Source: Thalia democratica (taxonomy: Eukaryota). Taken from it: a DNA stretch of 64,000 bases. Shown here in pieces: positions 51,801 through 64,000 of the stretch. How positions within the stretch are numbered: position 1 is the first letter of the stretch; each line of letters starts with the position of its first letter. The position numbers and the translations under genes are program-made. The notes beneath the pieces are model-generated. The model was not told the DNA's origin. It searched no databases and worked only from the letters and a program-made list of their open reading frames with translations. The stretch lies in contig OZ241828.1 in NCBI GenBank assembly GCA_965202585.1, positions 45,446,001 through 45,510,000 of the forward strand. The letters run 5' to 3'.

Positions 51801-54800
51801 ATGCCCACGGTGACTTCAAGGGAGGAGACTACTACGGCAAGGACGGCAAGCAAGGTATGATTGTTGTCGGAGGTGCCGATGTTGACGGTAAGGCCTACGC
51901 TGACGGTGAAACCGGATACGGCAAGGGCATGTACTACGGTCAACCATCCGGCATGATGTGGCCAGGAATGGACGGAAAAATCCACTCTGACGCTGACGTC
52001 AACGCTCTCACCGACGGAACCAAGATCATCTTCGGTGATGACAGCGACAAGGACGGCTCATACCCATACGGTACATTCAAGGCAACTGGTGACGCTAAGG
52101 CTGCTTCAGACGCCGAAGCCTACGCTCCATTCGATGTCCACGGTGACTTCAAGGGAGGAGATAACTACGGCAAGGACGGCAAGCAAGGTATGATTGTTGT
52201 CGGAGGTGCCGATGTTGACGGTAAGGCCTACGCTGACGGTGAAACCGGATACGGCAAGGGCATGTACTACGGTCAACCATCCGGAATGATGTGGCCAGGA
52301 ATGGACGGAAAGATCCACTCTGACGCTGACGTCAACGCTCTCACCGACGGAACCAAGATCATCTTCGGTGATGACAGCGACAAGGACGGCTCATACCCAT
52401 ACGGTACATTCAAGGCAACTGGTGACGCTAAGGCTGCTTCAGACGCCGAAGCCTACGCTCCATTCGATGTCCACGGTGACTTCAAGGGAGGAGATAACTA
52501 CGGCAAGGACGGCAAGCAAGGTATGATTGTTGTCGGAGGTGCCGATGTTGACGGTAAGGCCTACGCTGACGGTGAAACCGGATACGGCAAGGGCATGTAC
52601 TACGGTCAACCATCCGGAATGATGTGGCCAGGAATGGACGGAAAGATCCACTCTGACGCTGACGTCAACGCTCTCACCGACGGAACCAAGATCATCTTCG
52701 GTGATGACAGCGACAAGGACGGCTCATACCCATACGGTACATTCAAGGCAACTGGTGACGCTAAGGCTGCTTCAGACGCCGAAGCCTACGCTCCATTCGA
52801 TGTCCACGGTGACTTCAAGGGAGGAGATAACTACGGCAAGGACGGCAAGCAAGGTATGATTGTTGTCGGAGGTGCCGATGTTGACGGTAAGGCCTACGCT
52901 GACGGTGAAACCGGATACGGCAAGGGCATGTACTACGTTCAACCATCCGGAATGATGTGGCCAGGAATGGACGGAAAGATCCACTCTGACGCTGACGTCA
53001 ACGCTCTCACCGACGGAACCAAGATCATCTTCGGTGATGACAGCGACAAGGACGGCTCATACCCATACGGTACATTCAAGGCAACTGGTGACGCTAAGGC
53101 TGCTTCAGACGCCGAAGCCTACGCTCCATTCGATGTCCACGGTGACTTCAAGGGAGGAAATAACTACGGCAAGGACGGCAAGCAAGGTATGATTGTTGTC
53201 GGAGGTGCCGATGTTGACGGTAAGGCCTACGCTGACGGTGAAACCGGATACGGCAAGGGCATGTACTACGGTCAACCATCCGGAATGATGTGGCCAGGAA
53301 TGGACGGAAAGATCCACTCTGACGCTGACGTCAACGCTCTCACCGACGGAACCAAGATCATCTTCGGTGATGACAGCGACAAGGACGGCTCATACCCATA
53401 CGGTACATTCAAGGCAACTGGTGACGCTAAGGCTGCTTCAGACGCCGAAGCCTACGCTCCATTCGATGTCCACGGTGACTTCAAGGGAGGAGACTACTAC
53501 GGCAAGGACGGCAAGCAAGGTATGATTGTTGTCGGAGGTGCCGATGTTGACGGTAAGGCCTACGCTGACGGTGAAACCGGATACGGCAAGGGCATGTACT
53601 ACGGTCAACCATCCGGAATGATGTGGCCAGGAATGGACGGAAAGATCCACTCTGACGCTGACGTCAACGCTCTCACCGACGGAACCAAGATCATCTTCGG
53701 TGATGACAGCGACAAGGACGGCTCATACCCATACGGTACATTCAAGGCAACTGGTGACGCTAAGGCTGCTTCAGACGCCGAAGCCTACGCTCCATTCGAT
53801 GTCCACGGTGACTTCAAGGGAGGAGATAACTACGGCAAGGACGGCAAGCAAGGTATGATTGTTGTCGGAGGTGCCGATGTTGACGGTAAGGCCTACGCTG
53901 ACGGTGAAACCGGATACGGCAAGGGCATGTACTACGGTCAACCATCCGGAATGATGTGGCCAGGAATGGACGGAAAGATCCACTCTGACGCTGACGTCAA
54001 CGCTCTCACCGACGGAACCAAGATCATCTTCGGTGATGACAGCGACAAGGACGGCTCATACCCATACGGTACATTCAAGGCAACTGGTGACGCTAAGGCT
54101 GCTTCAGACGCCGAAGCCTACGCTCCATTCGATGTCCACGGTGACTTCAAGGGAGGAGATAACTACGGCAAGGACGGCAAGCAAGGTATGATTGTTGTCG
54201 GAGGTGCCGATGTTGACGGTAAGGCCTACGCTGACGGTGAAACCGGATACGGCAAGGGCATGTACTACGGTCAACCATCCGGAATGATGTGGCCAGGAAT
54301 GGACGGAAAAATCCACTCTGACGCTGACGTCAACGCTCTCACCGACGGAACCAAGATCATCTTCGGTGATGACAGCGACAAGGACGGCTCATACCCATAC
54401 GGTACATTCAAGGCAACTGGTGACGCTAAGGCTGCTTCAGACGCCGAAGCCTACGCTCCATTCGATGTCCACGGTGACTTCAAGGGAGGAGATAACTACG
54501 GCAAGTACGGCAAGCAAGGTATGATTGTTGTCGGAGGTGCCGATGTTGACGGTAAGGCCTACGCTGACGGTGAAACCGGATACGGCAAGGGCATGTACTA
54601 CGGTCAACCATCCGGAATGATGTGGCCAGGAATGGACGGAAAGATCCACTCTGACGCTGACGTCAACGCTCTCACCGACGGAACCAAGATCATCTTCGGT
54701 GATGACAGCGACAAGGACGGCTCATACCCATACGGTACATTCAAGGCAACTGGTGACGCTAAGGCTGCTTCAGACGCCGAAGCCTACGCTCCATTCGATG

Positions 54801-57800
54801 TCCACGGTGACTTCAAGGGAGGAGATAACTACAGCAAGGACGGCAAGCAAGGTATGATTGTTGTCGGAGGTGCCGATGTTGACGGTAAGGCCTACGCTGA
54901 CGGTGAAACCGGATACGGCAAGGGCATGTACTACGGTCAACCATCCGGAATGATGTGGCCAGGAATGGACGGAAAGATCCACTCTGACGCTGACGTCAAC
55001 GCTCTCACCGACGGAACCAAGATCATCTTCGGTGATGACAGCGACAAGGACGGCGAATACCCATACGGTACATTCAAGGCAACTGGTGACGCTAAGGCTG
55101 CTTCAGACGCCGAAGCCAACGCTCCATTCGATGTCCACGGTGACTTCAAGGGAGGAGATAACTACGGCAAGGACGGCAAGCAAGGTATGATTGTTGTCGG
55201 AGGTGCCGATGTTGACGGTAAGGCCTACGCTGACGGTGAAACCGGATACGGCAAGGGCATGTACTACGGTCAACCATCCGGAATGATGTGGCCAGGAATG
55301 GACGGAAAGATCCACTCTGACGCTGACGTCAACGCTCTCACCGACGGAACCAAGATCATCTTCGGTGATGACAGCGACAAGGACGGCTCATACCCATACG
55401 GTACATTCAAGGCAACTGGTGACGCTAAGGCTGCTTCAGACGCCGAAGCCTACGCTCCATTCGATGTCCACGGTGACTTCAAGGGAGGAGATAACTACGG
55501 CAAGGACGGCAAGCAAGGTATGATTGTTGTCGGAGGTGCCGATGTTGACGGTAAGGCCTACGCTGACGGTGAAACCGGATACGGCAAGGGCATGTACTAC
55601 GGTCAACCATCCGGAATGATGTGGCCAGGAATGGACGGAAAGATCCACTCTGACGCTGACGTCAACGCTCTCACCGACGGAACCAAGATCATCTTCGGTG
55701 ATGACAGTGACAAGGACGGCGAATACCCATACGGTACATTCAAGGCAACTGGTGACGCTAAGGCTGCTTCAGACGCCGAAGCCTACGCTCCATTCGATGT
55801 CCACGGTGACTTCAAGGGAGGAGATAACTACGGCAAGGACGGCAAGCAAGGTATGATTGTTGTCGGAGGTGCCGATGTTGACGGTAAGGCCTACGCTGAC
55901 GGTGAAACCGGATACGGCAAGGGCATGTACTACGGTCAACCATCCGGAATGATGTGGCCAGGAATGGACGGAAAGATCCACTCTGACGCTGACGTCAACG
56001 CTCTCACCGACGGAACCAAGATCATCTTCGGTGATGACAGCGACAAGGACGGCTCATACCCATACGGTACATTCAAGGCAACTGGTGACGCTAAGGCTGC
56101 TTCAGACGCCGAAGCCTACGCTCCATTCGATGTCCACGGTGACTTCAAGGGAGGAGATAACTACGGCAAGGACGGCAAGCAAGGTATGATTGTTGTCGGA
56201 GGTGCCGATGTTGACGGTAAGGCCTACGCTGACGGTGAAACCGGATACGGCAAGGGCATGTACTACGGTCAACCATCCGGAATGATGTGGCCAGGAATGG
56301 ACGGAAAGATCCACTCTGACGCTGACGTCAACGCTCTCACCGACGGAACCAAGATCATCTTCGGTGATGACAGCGACAAGGACAGCGAATACCCATACGG
56401 TACATTCAAGGCAACTGGTGACGCTAAGGCTGCTTCAGACGCCGAAGCCTACGCTCCATTCGATGTCCACGGTGACTTCAAGGGAGGAGATAACTACGGC
56501 AAGGACGGCAAGCAAGGTATGATTGTTGTCGGAGGTGCCGATGTTGACGGTAAGGCCTACGCTGACGGTGAAACCGGATACGGCAAGGGCATGTACTACG
56601 GTCAACCATCCGGAATGATGTGGCCAGGAATGGACGGAAAGATCCACTCTGACGCTGACGTCAACGCTCTCACCGACGGAACCAAGATCATCTTCGGTGA
56701 TGACAGCGACAAGGACGGCGAATACCCATACGGTACATTCAAGGCAACTGGTGACGCTAAGGCTGCTTCAGACGCCGAAGCCTACGCTCCATTCGATGTC
56801 CACGGCGACTTCAAGGGAGGAGATAACTACGGCAAGGACGGCAAGCAAGGTATGATTGTTGTCGGAGGTGCCGATGTTGACGGTAAGGCCTACGCTGACG
56901 GTGAAACCGGATACGGCAAGGGCATGTACTACGGTCAACCATCCGGCATGATGTGGCCAGGAATGGACGGAAAGATCCACTCTGACGCTGACGTCAACGC
57001 TCTCACCGACGGAACCAAGATCATCTTCGGTGATGACAGCGACAAGGACGGCTCATACCCATACGGTACATTCAAGGCAACTGGTGACGCTAAGGCTGCT
57101 TCAGACGCCGAAGCCTACGCTCCATTCGATGTCCACGGTGACTTCAAGGGAGGAGATAACTACGGCAAGGACGGCAAGCAAGGTATGATTGTTGTCGGAG
57201 GTGCCGATGTTGACGGTAAGGCCTACGCTGACGGTGAAACCGGATACGGCAAGGGCATGTACTACGGTCAACCATCCGGAATGATGTGGCCAGGAATGGA
57301 CGGAAAGATCCACTCTGACGCTGACGTCAACGCTCTCACCGACGGAACCAAGATCATCTTCGGTGATGACAGCGACAAGGACGGCTCATACCCATACGGT
57401 ACATTCAAGGCAACTGGTGACGCTAAGGCTGCTTCAGACGCCGAAGCCTACGCTCCATTCGATGTCCACGGTGACTTCAAGGGAGGAGATAACTACGGCA
57501 AGGACGGCAAGCAAGGTATGATTGTTGTCGGAGGTGCCGATGTTGACGGTAAGGCCTACGCTGACGGTGAAACCGGATACGGCAAGGGCATGTACTACGG
57601 TCAACCATCCGGAATGATGTGGCCAGGAATGGACGGAAAGATCCACTCTGACGCTGACGTCAACGCTCTCACCGACGGAACCAAGATCATCTTCGGTGAT
57701 GACGGCGACAAGGACGGCTCATACCCATACGGTACATTCAAGGCAACTGGTGACGCTAAGGCTGCTTCAGACGCCGAAGCCTACGCTCCATTCGATGTCC

Positions 57801-60800
57801 ACGGTGACTTCAAGGGAGGAGATAACTACGGCAAGGACGGCAAGCAAGGTATGATTGTTGTCGGAGGTGCCGATGTTGACGGTAAGGCCTACGCTGACGG
57901 TGAAACCGGATACGGCAAGGGCATGTACTACGGTCAACCATCCGGAATGATGTGGCCAGGAATGGACGGAAAGATCCACTCTGACGCTGACGTCAACGCT
58001 CTCACCGACGGAACCAAGATCATCTTCGGTGATGACAGCGACAAGGACGGCGAATACCCATACGGTACATTCAAGGCAACTGGTGACGCTAAGGCTGCTT
58101 CAGACGCCGAAGCCTACGCTCCATTCGATGTCCACGGTGACTTCAAGGGAGGAGATAACTACGGCAAGGACGGCAAGCAAGGTATGATTGTTGTCGGAGG
58201 TGCCGATGTTGACGGTAAGGCCTACGCTGACGGTGAAACCGGATACGGCAAGGGCATGTACTACGGTCAACCATCCGGAATGATGTGGCCAGGAATGGAC
58301 GGAAAGATCCACTCTGACGCTGACGTCAACGCTCTCACCGACGGAACCAAGATCATCTTCGGTGATGACAGCGACAAGGACGGCGAATACCCATACGGTA
58401 CATTCAAGGCAACTGGTGACGCTAAGGCTGCTTCAGACGCCGAAGCCTACGCTCCATTCGATGTCCACGGTGACTTCAAGGGAGGAGATAACTACGGCAA
58501 GGACGGCAAGCAAGGTATGATTGTTGTCGGAGGTGCCGATGTTGACGGTAAGGCCTACGCTGACGGTGAAACCGGATACGGCAAGGGCATGTACTACGGT
58601 CAACCATCCGGAATGATGTGGCCAGGAATGGACGGAAAGATCCACTCTGACGCTGACGTCAACGCTCTCACCGACGGAACCAAGATCATCTTCGGTGATG
58701 ACAGCGACAAGGACGGCTCATACCCATACGGTACATTCAAGGCAACTGGTGACGCTAAGGCTGCTTCAGACGCCGAAGCCTACGCTCCATTCGATGTCCA
58801 CGGTGACTTCAAGGGAGGAGATAACTACGGCAAGGACGGCAAGCAAGGTATGATTGTTGTCGGAGGTGCCGATGTTGACGGTAAGGCCTACGCTGACGGT
58901 GAAACCGGATACGGCAAGGGCATGTACTACGGTCAACCATCCGGAATGATGTGGCCAGGAATGGACGGAAAGATCCACTCTGACGCTGACGTCAACGCTC
59001 TCACCGACGGAACCAAGATCATCTTCGGTGATGACGGCGACAAGGACGGCTCATACCCATACGGTACATTCAAGGCAACTGGTGACGCTAAGGCTGCTTC
59101 AGACGCCGAAGCCTACGCTCCATTCGATGTCCACGGTGACTTCAAGGGAGGAGATAACTACGGCAAGGACGGCAAGCAAGGTATGATTGTTGTCGGAGGT
59201 GCCGATGTTGACGGTAAGGCCTACGCTGACGGTGAAACCGGATACGGCAAGGGCATGTACTACGGTCAACCATCCGGAATGATGTGGCCAGGAATGGACG
59301 GAAAGATCCACTCTGACGCTGACGTCAACGCTCTCACCGACGGAACCAAGATCATCTTCGGTGATGACAGCGACAAGGACAGCGAATACCCATACGGTAC
59401 ATTCAAGGCAACTGGTGACGCTAAGGCTGCTTCAGACGCCGCAGCCTACGCTCCATTCGATGTCCACGGTGACTTCAAGGGAGGAGATAACTACGGCAAG
59501 GACGGCAAGCAAGGTATGATTGTTGTCGGAGGTGCCGATGTTGACGGTAAGGCCTACGCTGACGGTGAAACCGGATACGGCAAGGGCATGTACTACGGTC
59601 AACCATCCGGAATGATGTGGCCAGGAATGGACGGAAAGATCCACTCTGACGCTGACGTCAACGCTCTCACCGACGGAACCAAGATCATCTTCGGTGATGA
59701 CGGCGACAAGGACGGCTCATACCCATACGGTACATTCAAGGCAACTGGTGACGCTAAGGCTGCTTCAGACGCCGAAGCCTACGCTCCATTCGATGTCCAC
59801 GGTGACTTCAAGGGAGGAGATAACTACGGCAAGGACGGCAAGCAAGGTATGATTGTTGTCGGAGGTGCCGATGTTGACGGTAAGGCCTACGCTGACGGTG
59901 AAACCGGATACGGCAAGGGCATGTACTACGGTCAACCATCCGGAATGATGTGGCCAGGAATGGACGGAAAGATCCACTCTGACGCTGACGTCAACGCTCT
60001 CACCGACGGAAACAAGATCATCTTCGGTGATGACGGCGACAAGGACGGCTCATACCCATACGGTACATTCAAGGCAACTGGTGACGCTAAGGCTGCTTCA
60101 GACGCCGAAGCCTACGCTCCATTCGATGTCCACGGTGACTTCAAGGGAGGAGATAACTACGGCAAGGACGGCAAGCAAGGTATGATTGTTGTCGGAGGTG
60201 CCGATGTTGACGGTAAGGCCTACGCTGACGGTGAAACCGGATACGGCAAGGGCATGTACTACGGTCAACCATCCGGAATGATGTGGCCAGGAATGGACGG
60301 AAAGATCCACTCTGACGCTGACGTCAACGCTCTCACCGACGGAACCAAGATCATCTTCGGTGATGACAGCGACAAGGACGGCGAATACCCATACGGTACA
60401 TTCAAGGCAACTGGTGACGCTAAGGCTGCTTCAGACGCCGAAGCCTACGCTCCATTCGATGTCCACGGTGACTTCAAGGGAGGAGATAACTACGGCAAGG
60501 ACGGCAAGCAAGGTATGATTGTTGTCGGAGGTGCCGATGTTGACGGTAAGGCCTACGCTGACGGTGAAACCGGATACGGCAAGGGCATGTACTACGGTCA
60601 ACCATCCGGAATGATGTGGCCAGGAATGGACGGAAAGATCCACTCTGACGCTGACGTCAACGCTCTCACCGACGGAACCAAGATCATCTTCGGTGATTAC
60701 AGCGACAAGGACGGCGAATACCCATACGGTACATTCAAGGCAACTGGTGACGCTAAGGCTGCTTCAGACGCCGAAGCCTACGCTCCATTCGATGTCCACG

Positions 60801-63800
60801 GCGACTTCAAGGGAGGAGATAACTACGGCAAGGACGGCAAGCAAGGTATGATTGTTGTCGGAGGTGCCGATGTTGACGGTAAGGCCTACGCTGACGGTGA
60901 AACCGGATACGGCAAGGGCATGTACTACGGTCAACCATCCGGCATGATGTGGCCAGGAATGGACGGAAAGATCCACTCTGACGCTGACGTCAACGCTCTC
61001 ACCGACGGAACCAAGATCATCTTCGGTGATGACAGCGACAAGGACGGCGAATACCCATACGGTACATTCAAGGCAACTGGTGACGCTAAGGCTGCTTCAG
61101 ACGCCGAAGCCTACGCTCCATTCGATGTCCACGGTGACTTCAAGGGAGGAGATAACTACGGCAAGGACGGCAAGCAAGGTATGATTGTTGTCGGAGGTGC
61201 CGATGTTGACGGTAAGGCCTACGCTGACGGTGAAACCGGATACGGCAAGGGCATGTACTACGGTCAACCATCCGGAATGATGTGGCCAGGAATGGACGGA
61301 AAGATCCACTCTGACGCTGACGTCAACGCTCTCACCGACGGAACCAAGATCATCTTCGGTGATGACAGCGACAAGGACGGCTCATACCCATACGGTACAT
61401 TCAAGGCAACTGGTGACGCTAAGGCTGCTTCAGACGCCGAAGCCTACGCTCCATTCGATGTCCACGGTGACTTCAAGGGAGGAGATAACTACGGCAAGGA
61501 CGGCAAGCAAGGTATGATTGTTGTCGGAGGTGCCGATGTTGACGGTAAGGCCTACGCTGACGGTGAAACCGGATACGGCAAGGGCATGTACTACGGTCAA
61601 CCATCCGGAATGATGTGGCCAGGAATGGACGGAAAGATCCACTCTGACGCTGACGTCAACGCTCTCACCGACGGAACCAAGATCATCTTCGGTGATGACG
61701 GCGACAAGGACAGCGAATACCCATACGGTACATTCAAGGCAACTGGTGACGCTAAGGCTGCTTCAGACGCCGCAGCCTACGCTCCATTCGATGTCCACGG
61801 TGACTTCAAGGGAGGAGATAACTACGGCAAGGACGGCAAGCAAGGTATGATTGTTGTCGGAGGTGCCGATGTTGACGGTAAGGCCTACGCTGACGGTGAA
61901 ACCGGATACGGCAAGGGCATGTACTACGGTCAACCATCCGGAATGATGTGGCCAGGAATGGACGGAAAGATCCACTCTGACGCTGACGTCAACGCTCTCA
62001 CCGACGGAACCAAGATCATCTTCGGTGATGACGGCGACAAGGACGGCTCATACCCATACGGTACATTCAAGGCAACTGGTGACGCTAAGGCTGCTTCAGA
62101 CGCCGAAGCCTACGCTCCATTCGATGTCCACGGTGACTTCAAGGGAGGAGATAACTACGGCAAGGACGGCAAGCAAGGTATGATTGTTGTCGGAGGTGCC
62201 GATGTTGACGGTAAGGCCTACGCTGACGGTGAAACCGGATACGGCAAGGGCATGTACTACGGTCAACCATCCGGAATGATGTGGCCAGGAATGGACGGAA
62301 AGATCCACTCTGACGCTGACGTCAACGCTCTCACCGACGGAACCAAGATCATCTTCGGTGATGACAGCGACAAGGACGGCTCATACCCATACGGTACATT
62401 CAAGGCAACTGGTGACGCTAAGGCTGCTTCAGACGCCGAAGCCTACGCTCCATTCGATGTCCACGGTGACTTCAAGGGAGGAGATAACTACGGCAAGGAC
62501 GGCAAGCAAGGTATGATTGTTGTCGGAGGTGCCGATGTTGACGGTAAGGCCTACGCTGACGGTGAAACCGGATACGGCAAGGGCATGTACTACGGTCAAC
62601 CATCCGGAATGATGTGGCCAGGAATGGACGGAAAGATCCACTCTGACGCTGACGTCAACGCTCTCACCGACGGAACCAAGATCATCTTCGGTGATGACAG
62701 CGACAAGGACGGCTCATACCCATACGGTACATTCAAGGCAACTGGTGACGCTAAGGCTGCTTCAGACGCCGAAGCCTACGCTCCATTCGATGTCCACGGT
62801 GACTTCAAGGGAGGAGATAACTACGGCAAGGACGGCAAGCAAGGTATGATTGTTGTCGGAGGTGCCGATGTTGACGGTAAGGCCTACGCTGACGGTGAAA
62901 CCGGATACGGCAAGGGCATGTACTACGGTCAACCATCCGGAATGATGTGGCCAGGAATGGACGGAAAGATCCACTCTGACGCTGACGTCAACGCTCTCAC
63001 CGACGGAACCAAGATCATCTTCGGTGATGACAGCGACAAGGACGGCTCATACCCATACGGTACATTCAAGGCAACTGGTGACGCTAAGGCTGCTCCAGAC
63101 GCCGAAGCCTACGCTCCATTCGATGTCCACGGCGACTTCAAGGGAGGAGATAACTACGGCAAGGACGGCAAGCAAGGTATGATTGTTATCGGAGGTGCCG
63201 ATGTTGACGGTAAGGCCTACGCTGACGGTGAAACCGGATACGGCAAGGGCATGTACTACGGTCAACCATCCGGAATGATGTGGCCAGGAATGGACGGAAA
63301 GATCCACTCTGACGCTGACGTCAACGCTCTCACCGACGGAACCAAGATCATCTTCGGTGATGACAGCGACAAGGACGGCTCATACCCATACGGTACATTC
63401 AAGGCAACTGGTGACGCTAAGGCTGCTTCAGACGCCGAAGCCTACGCTCCATTCGATGTCCACGGTGACTTCAAGGGAGGAGATAACTACGGCAAGGACG
63501 GCAAGCAAGGTATGATTGTTGTCGGAGGTGCCGATGTTGACGGTAAGGCCTACGCTGACGGTGAAACCGGATACGGCAAGGGCATGTACTACGGTCAACC
63601 ATCCGGAATGATGTGGCCAGGAATGGACGGAAAGATCCACTCTGACGCTGACGTCAACGCTCTCACCGACGGAACCAAGATCATCTTCGGTGATGACAGC
63701 GACAAGGACGGCTCATACCCATACGGTACATTCAAGGCAACTGGTGACGCTAAGGCTGCTTCAGACGCCGAAGCCTACGCTCCATTCGATGTCCACGGCG

Positions 63801-64000
63801 ACTTCAAGGGAGGAGATAACTACGGCAAGGACGGCAAGCAAGGTATGATTGTTGTCGGAGGTGCCGATGTTGACGGTAAGGCCTACGCTGACGGTGAAAC
63901 CGGATACGGCAAGGGCATGTACTACGGTCAACCATCCGGAATGATGTGGCCAGGAATGGACGGAAAGATCCACTCTGACGCTGACGTCAACGCTCTCACC
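21549..64000 (+). CDS. Exon B (3'-truncated, at least 42,452 bp) of the same giant repeat protein: one degenerate unit plus ~126 canonical 111-aa units
   Basis: I translated 21551-21960 by hand in frame +2 with no stop. The antisense shadow ORFs keep an exact 333-bp register from 22136 to 63761 (125 x 333), so there are no net indels. No closed ORF is reported in this frame, which is what is expected if it runs off the window without a stop. Confidence 0.88.
28900..34170 (+). repeat. 8-unit (2664-bp) tandem duplication (approximate ends)
   Basis: Variants recur at +2664: 29584/32248, 29907/32571, 30434/33098, 30458/33122, 30938/33602, 31409/34073. Confidence 0.9.
38400..60300 (+). repeat. 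Long-range duplication: ~38.4-44.3 kb recurs at ~55.1-60.3 kb (48-50-unit offset)
   Basis: At +15984 (48 units): 40400/56384, 40822/56806, 40963/56947, 41720/57704, 43052/59036, 43397/59381, 43458/59442, 44028/60012. At +16650 (50 units): 38468/55118, 39058/55708. Confidence 0.85.

Larger units (their letters stand above)
21895..64000 (+). repeat. Coding tandem array 2 (B-type consensus), 333-bp unit, ~126 copies, more homogeneous than array 1
   Basis: Head-to-tail 333-bp periodicity. Typical unit carries gtc cac...gat aac tac ggc aag gac ggc...gcc tac gct gac ggt gaa (DVHG, DNYGKDG, KAYAD). Confidence 0.99.

Noticed and set aside
28297-55149. Three minus-strand ORFs MKSPWTSNG... (28297, 38287, 54937)
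   Set aside because: Created by the same single variant (gcc tac to gcc aac) removing an antisense stop; useful only as a duplication marker.
220-63973. ~190 minus-strand 70/105-aa ORFs (MDLSVHSWPHH...)
   Set aside because: Codon-aligned antisense shadows of the biased sense frame. They are closed each unit by the TGA opposite a tca codon and appear, shrink or extend with single sense-strand variants (e.g. 63047-63307).
1-64000. CRISPR array or non-coding satellite
   Set aside because: There are no unique spacers. The unit length is a multiple of 3, the frame is intact across ~180 copies, codon bias is strong, and a spliceosomal intron is present.
1-64000. Assignment to mucin, spidroin, fibroin, reflectin, RTX or ice-nucleation families
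   Set aside because: Low Ser/Thr/Pro, no poly-Ala, GPGXX or GAGAGS motifs, no reflectin motif, no true GGxGxDxL nonapeptides and no AGYGSTxT octamers. No gene symbol can be supported.
21959-64000. Array 2 as an independent gene starting at ATG 21959
   Set aside because: That ATG is the ordinary repeat-internal Met. The frame is already open and repeat-homologous from the acceptor at 21549, and no signal peptide is present.
21895-64000. Methylation-type CpG decay (several CG>TG/CA variants, e.g. 22366, 35816, 39058, 44078)
   Set aside because: The unit is so CpG-rich that these could be expected by chance, and I cannot establish enrichment without a full count.

Overview
This is eukaryotic genomic DNA lying entirely inside one giant + strand gene that is open at both window edges. 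About 95% of the window is a protein-coding tandem array of a 333-bp unit (111 aa; Gly/Asp/Ala/Lys/Tyr-rich, consensus without Cys or Arg; about 55% GC by my count). Array 1 (1-18283, ~55 units) ends at a GT donor (AAG|GTATGT). A 3265-bp AT-rich phase-1 intron follows (18284-21548, ending TTCTAG|GT). Exon B opens with one strongly diverged, AT-rich 112-codon copy of the unit, then runs through ~126 highly homogenised units with no stop to the window end. The ORF track misses this 42.4-kb frame, presumably because it never closes. The predicted spliced frame is 60,735 nt, or 20,245 codons (about 2.1 MDa), and is still incomplete. I do not recognise the protein family. The two arrays carry different unit consensuses. 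Rare variants reveal duplications at offsets of 3, 8, 12, 13 and ~48-50 units, conversion-like tracts and one finely mappable crossover. The hundreds of short ORFs in the track are shadows of the repeat. No RNA genes, CRISPR arrays or recognisable mobile elements were found.
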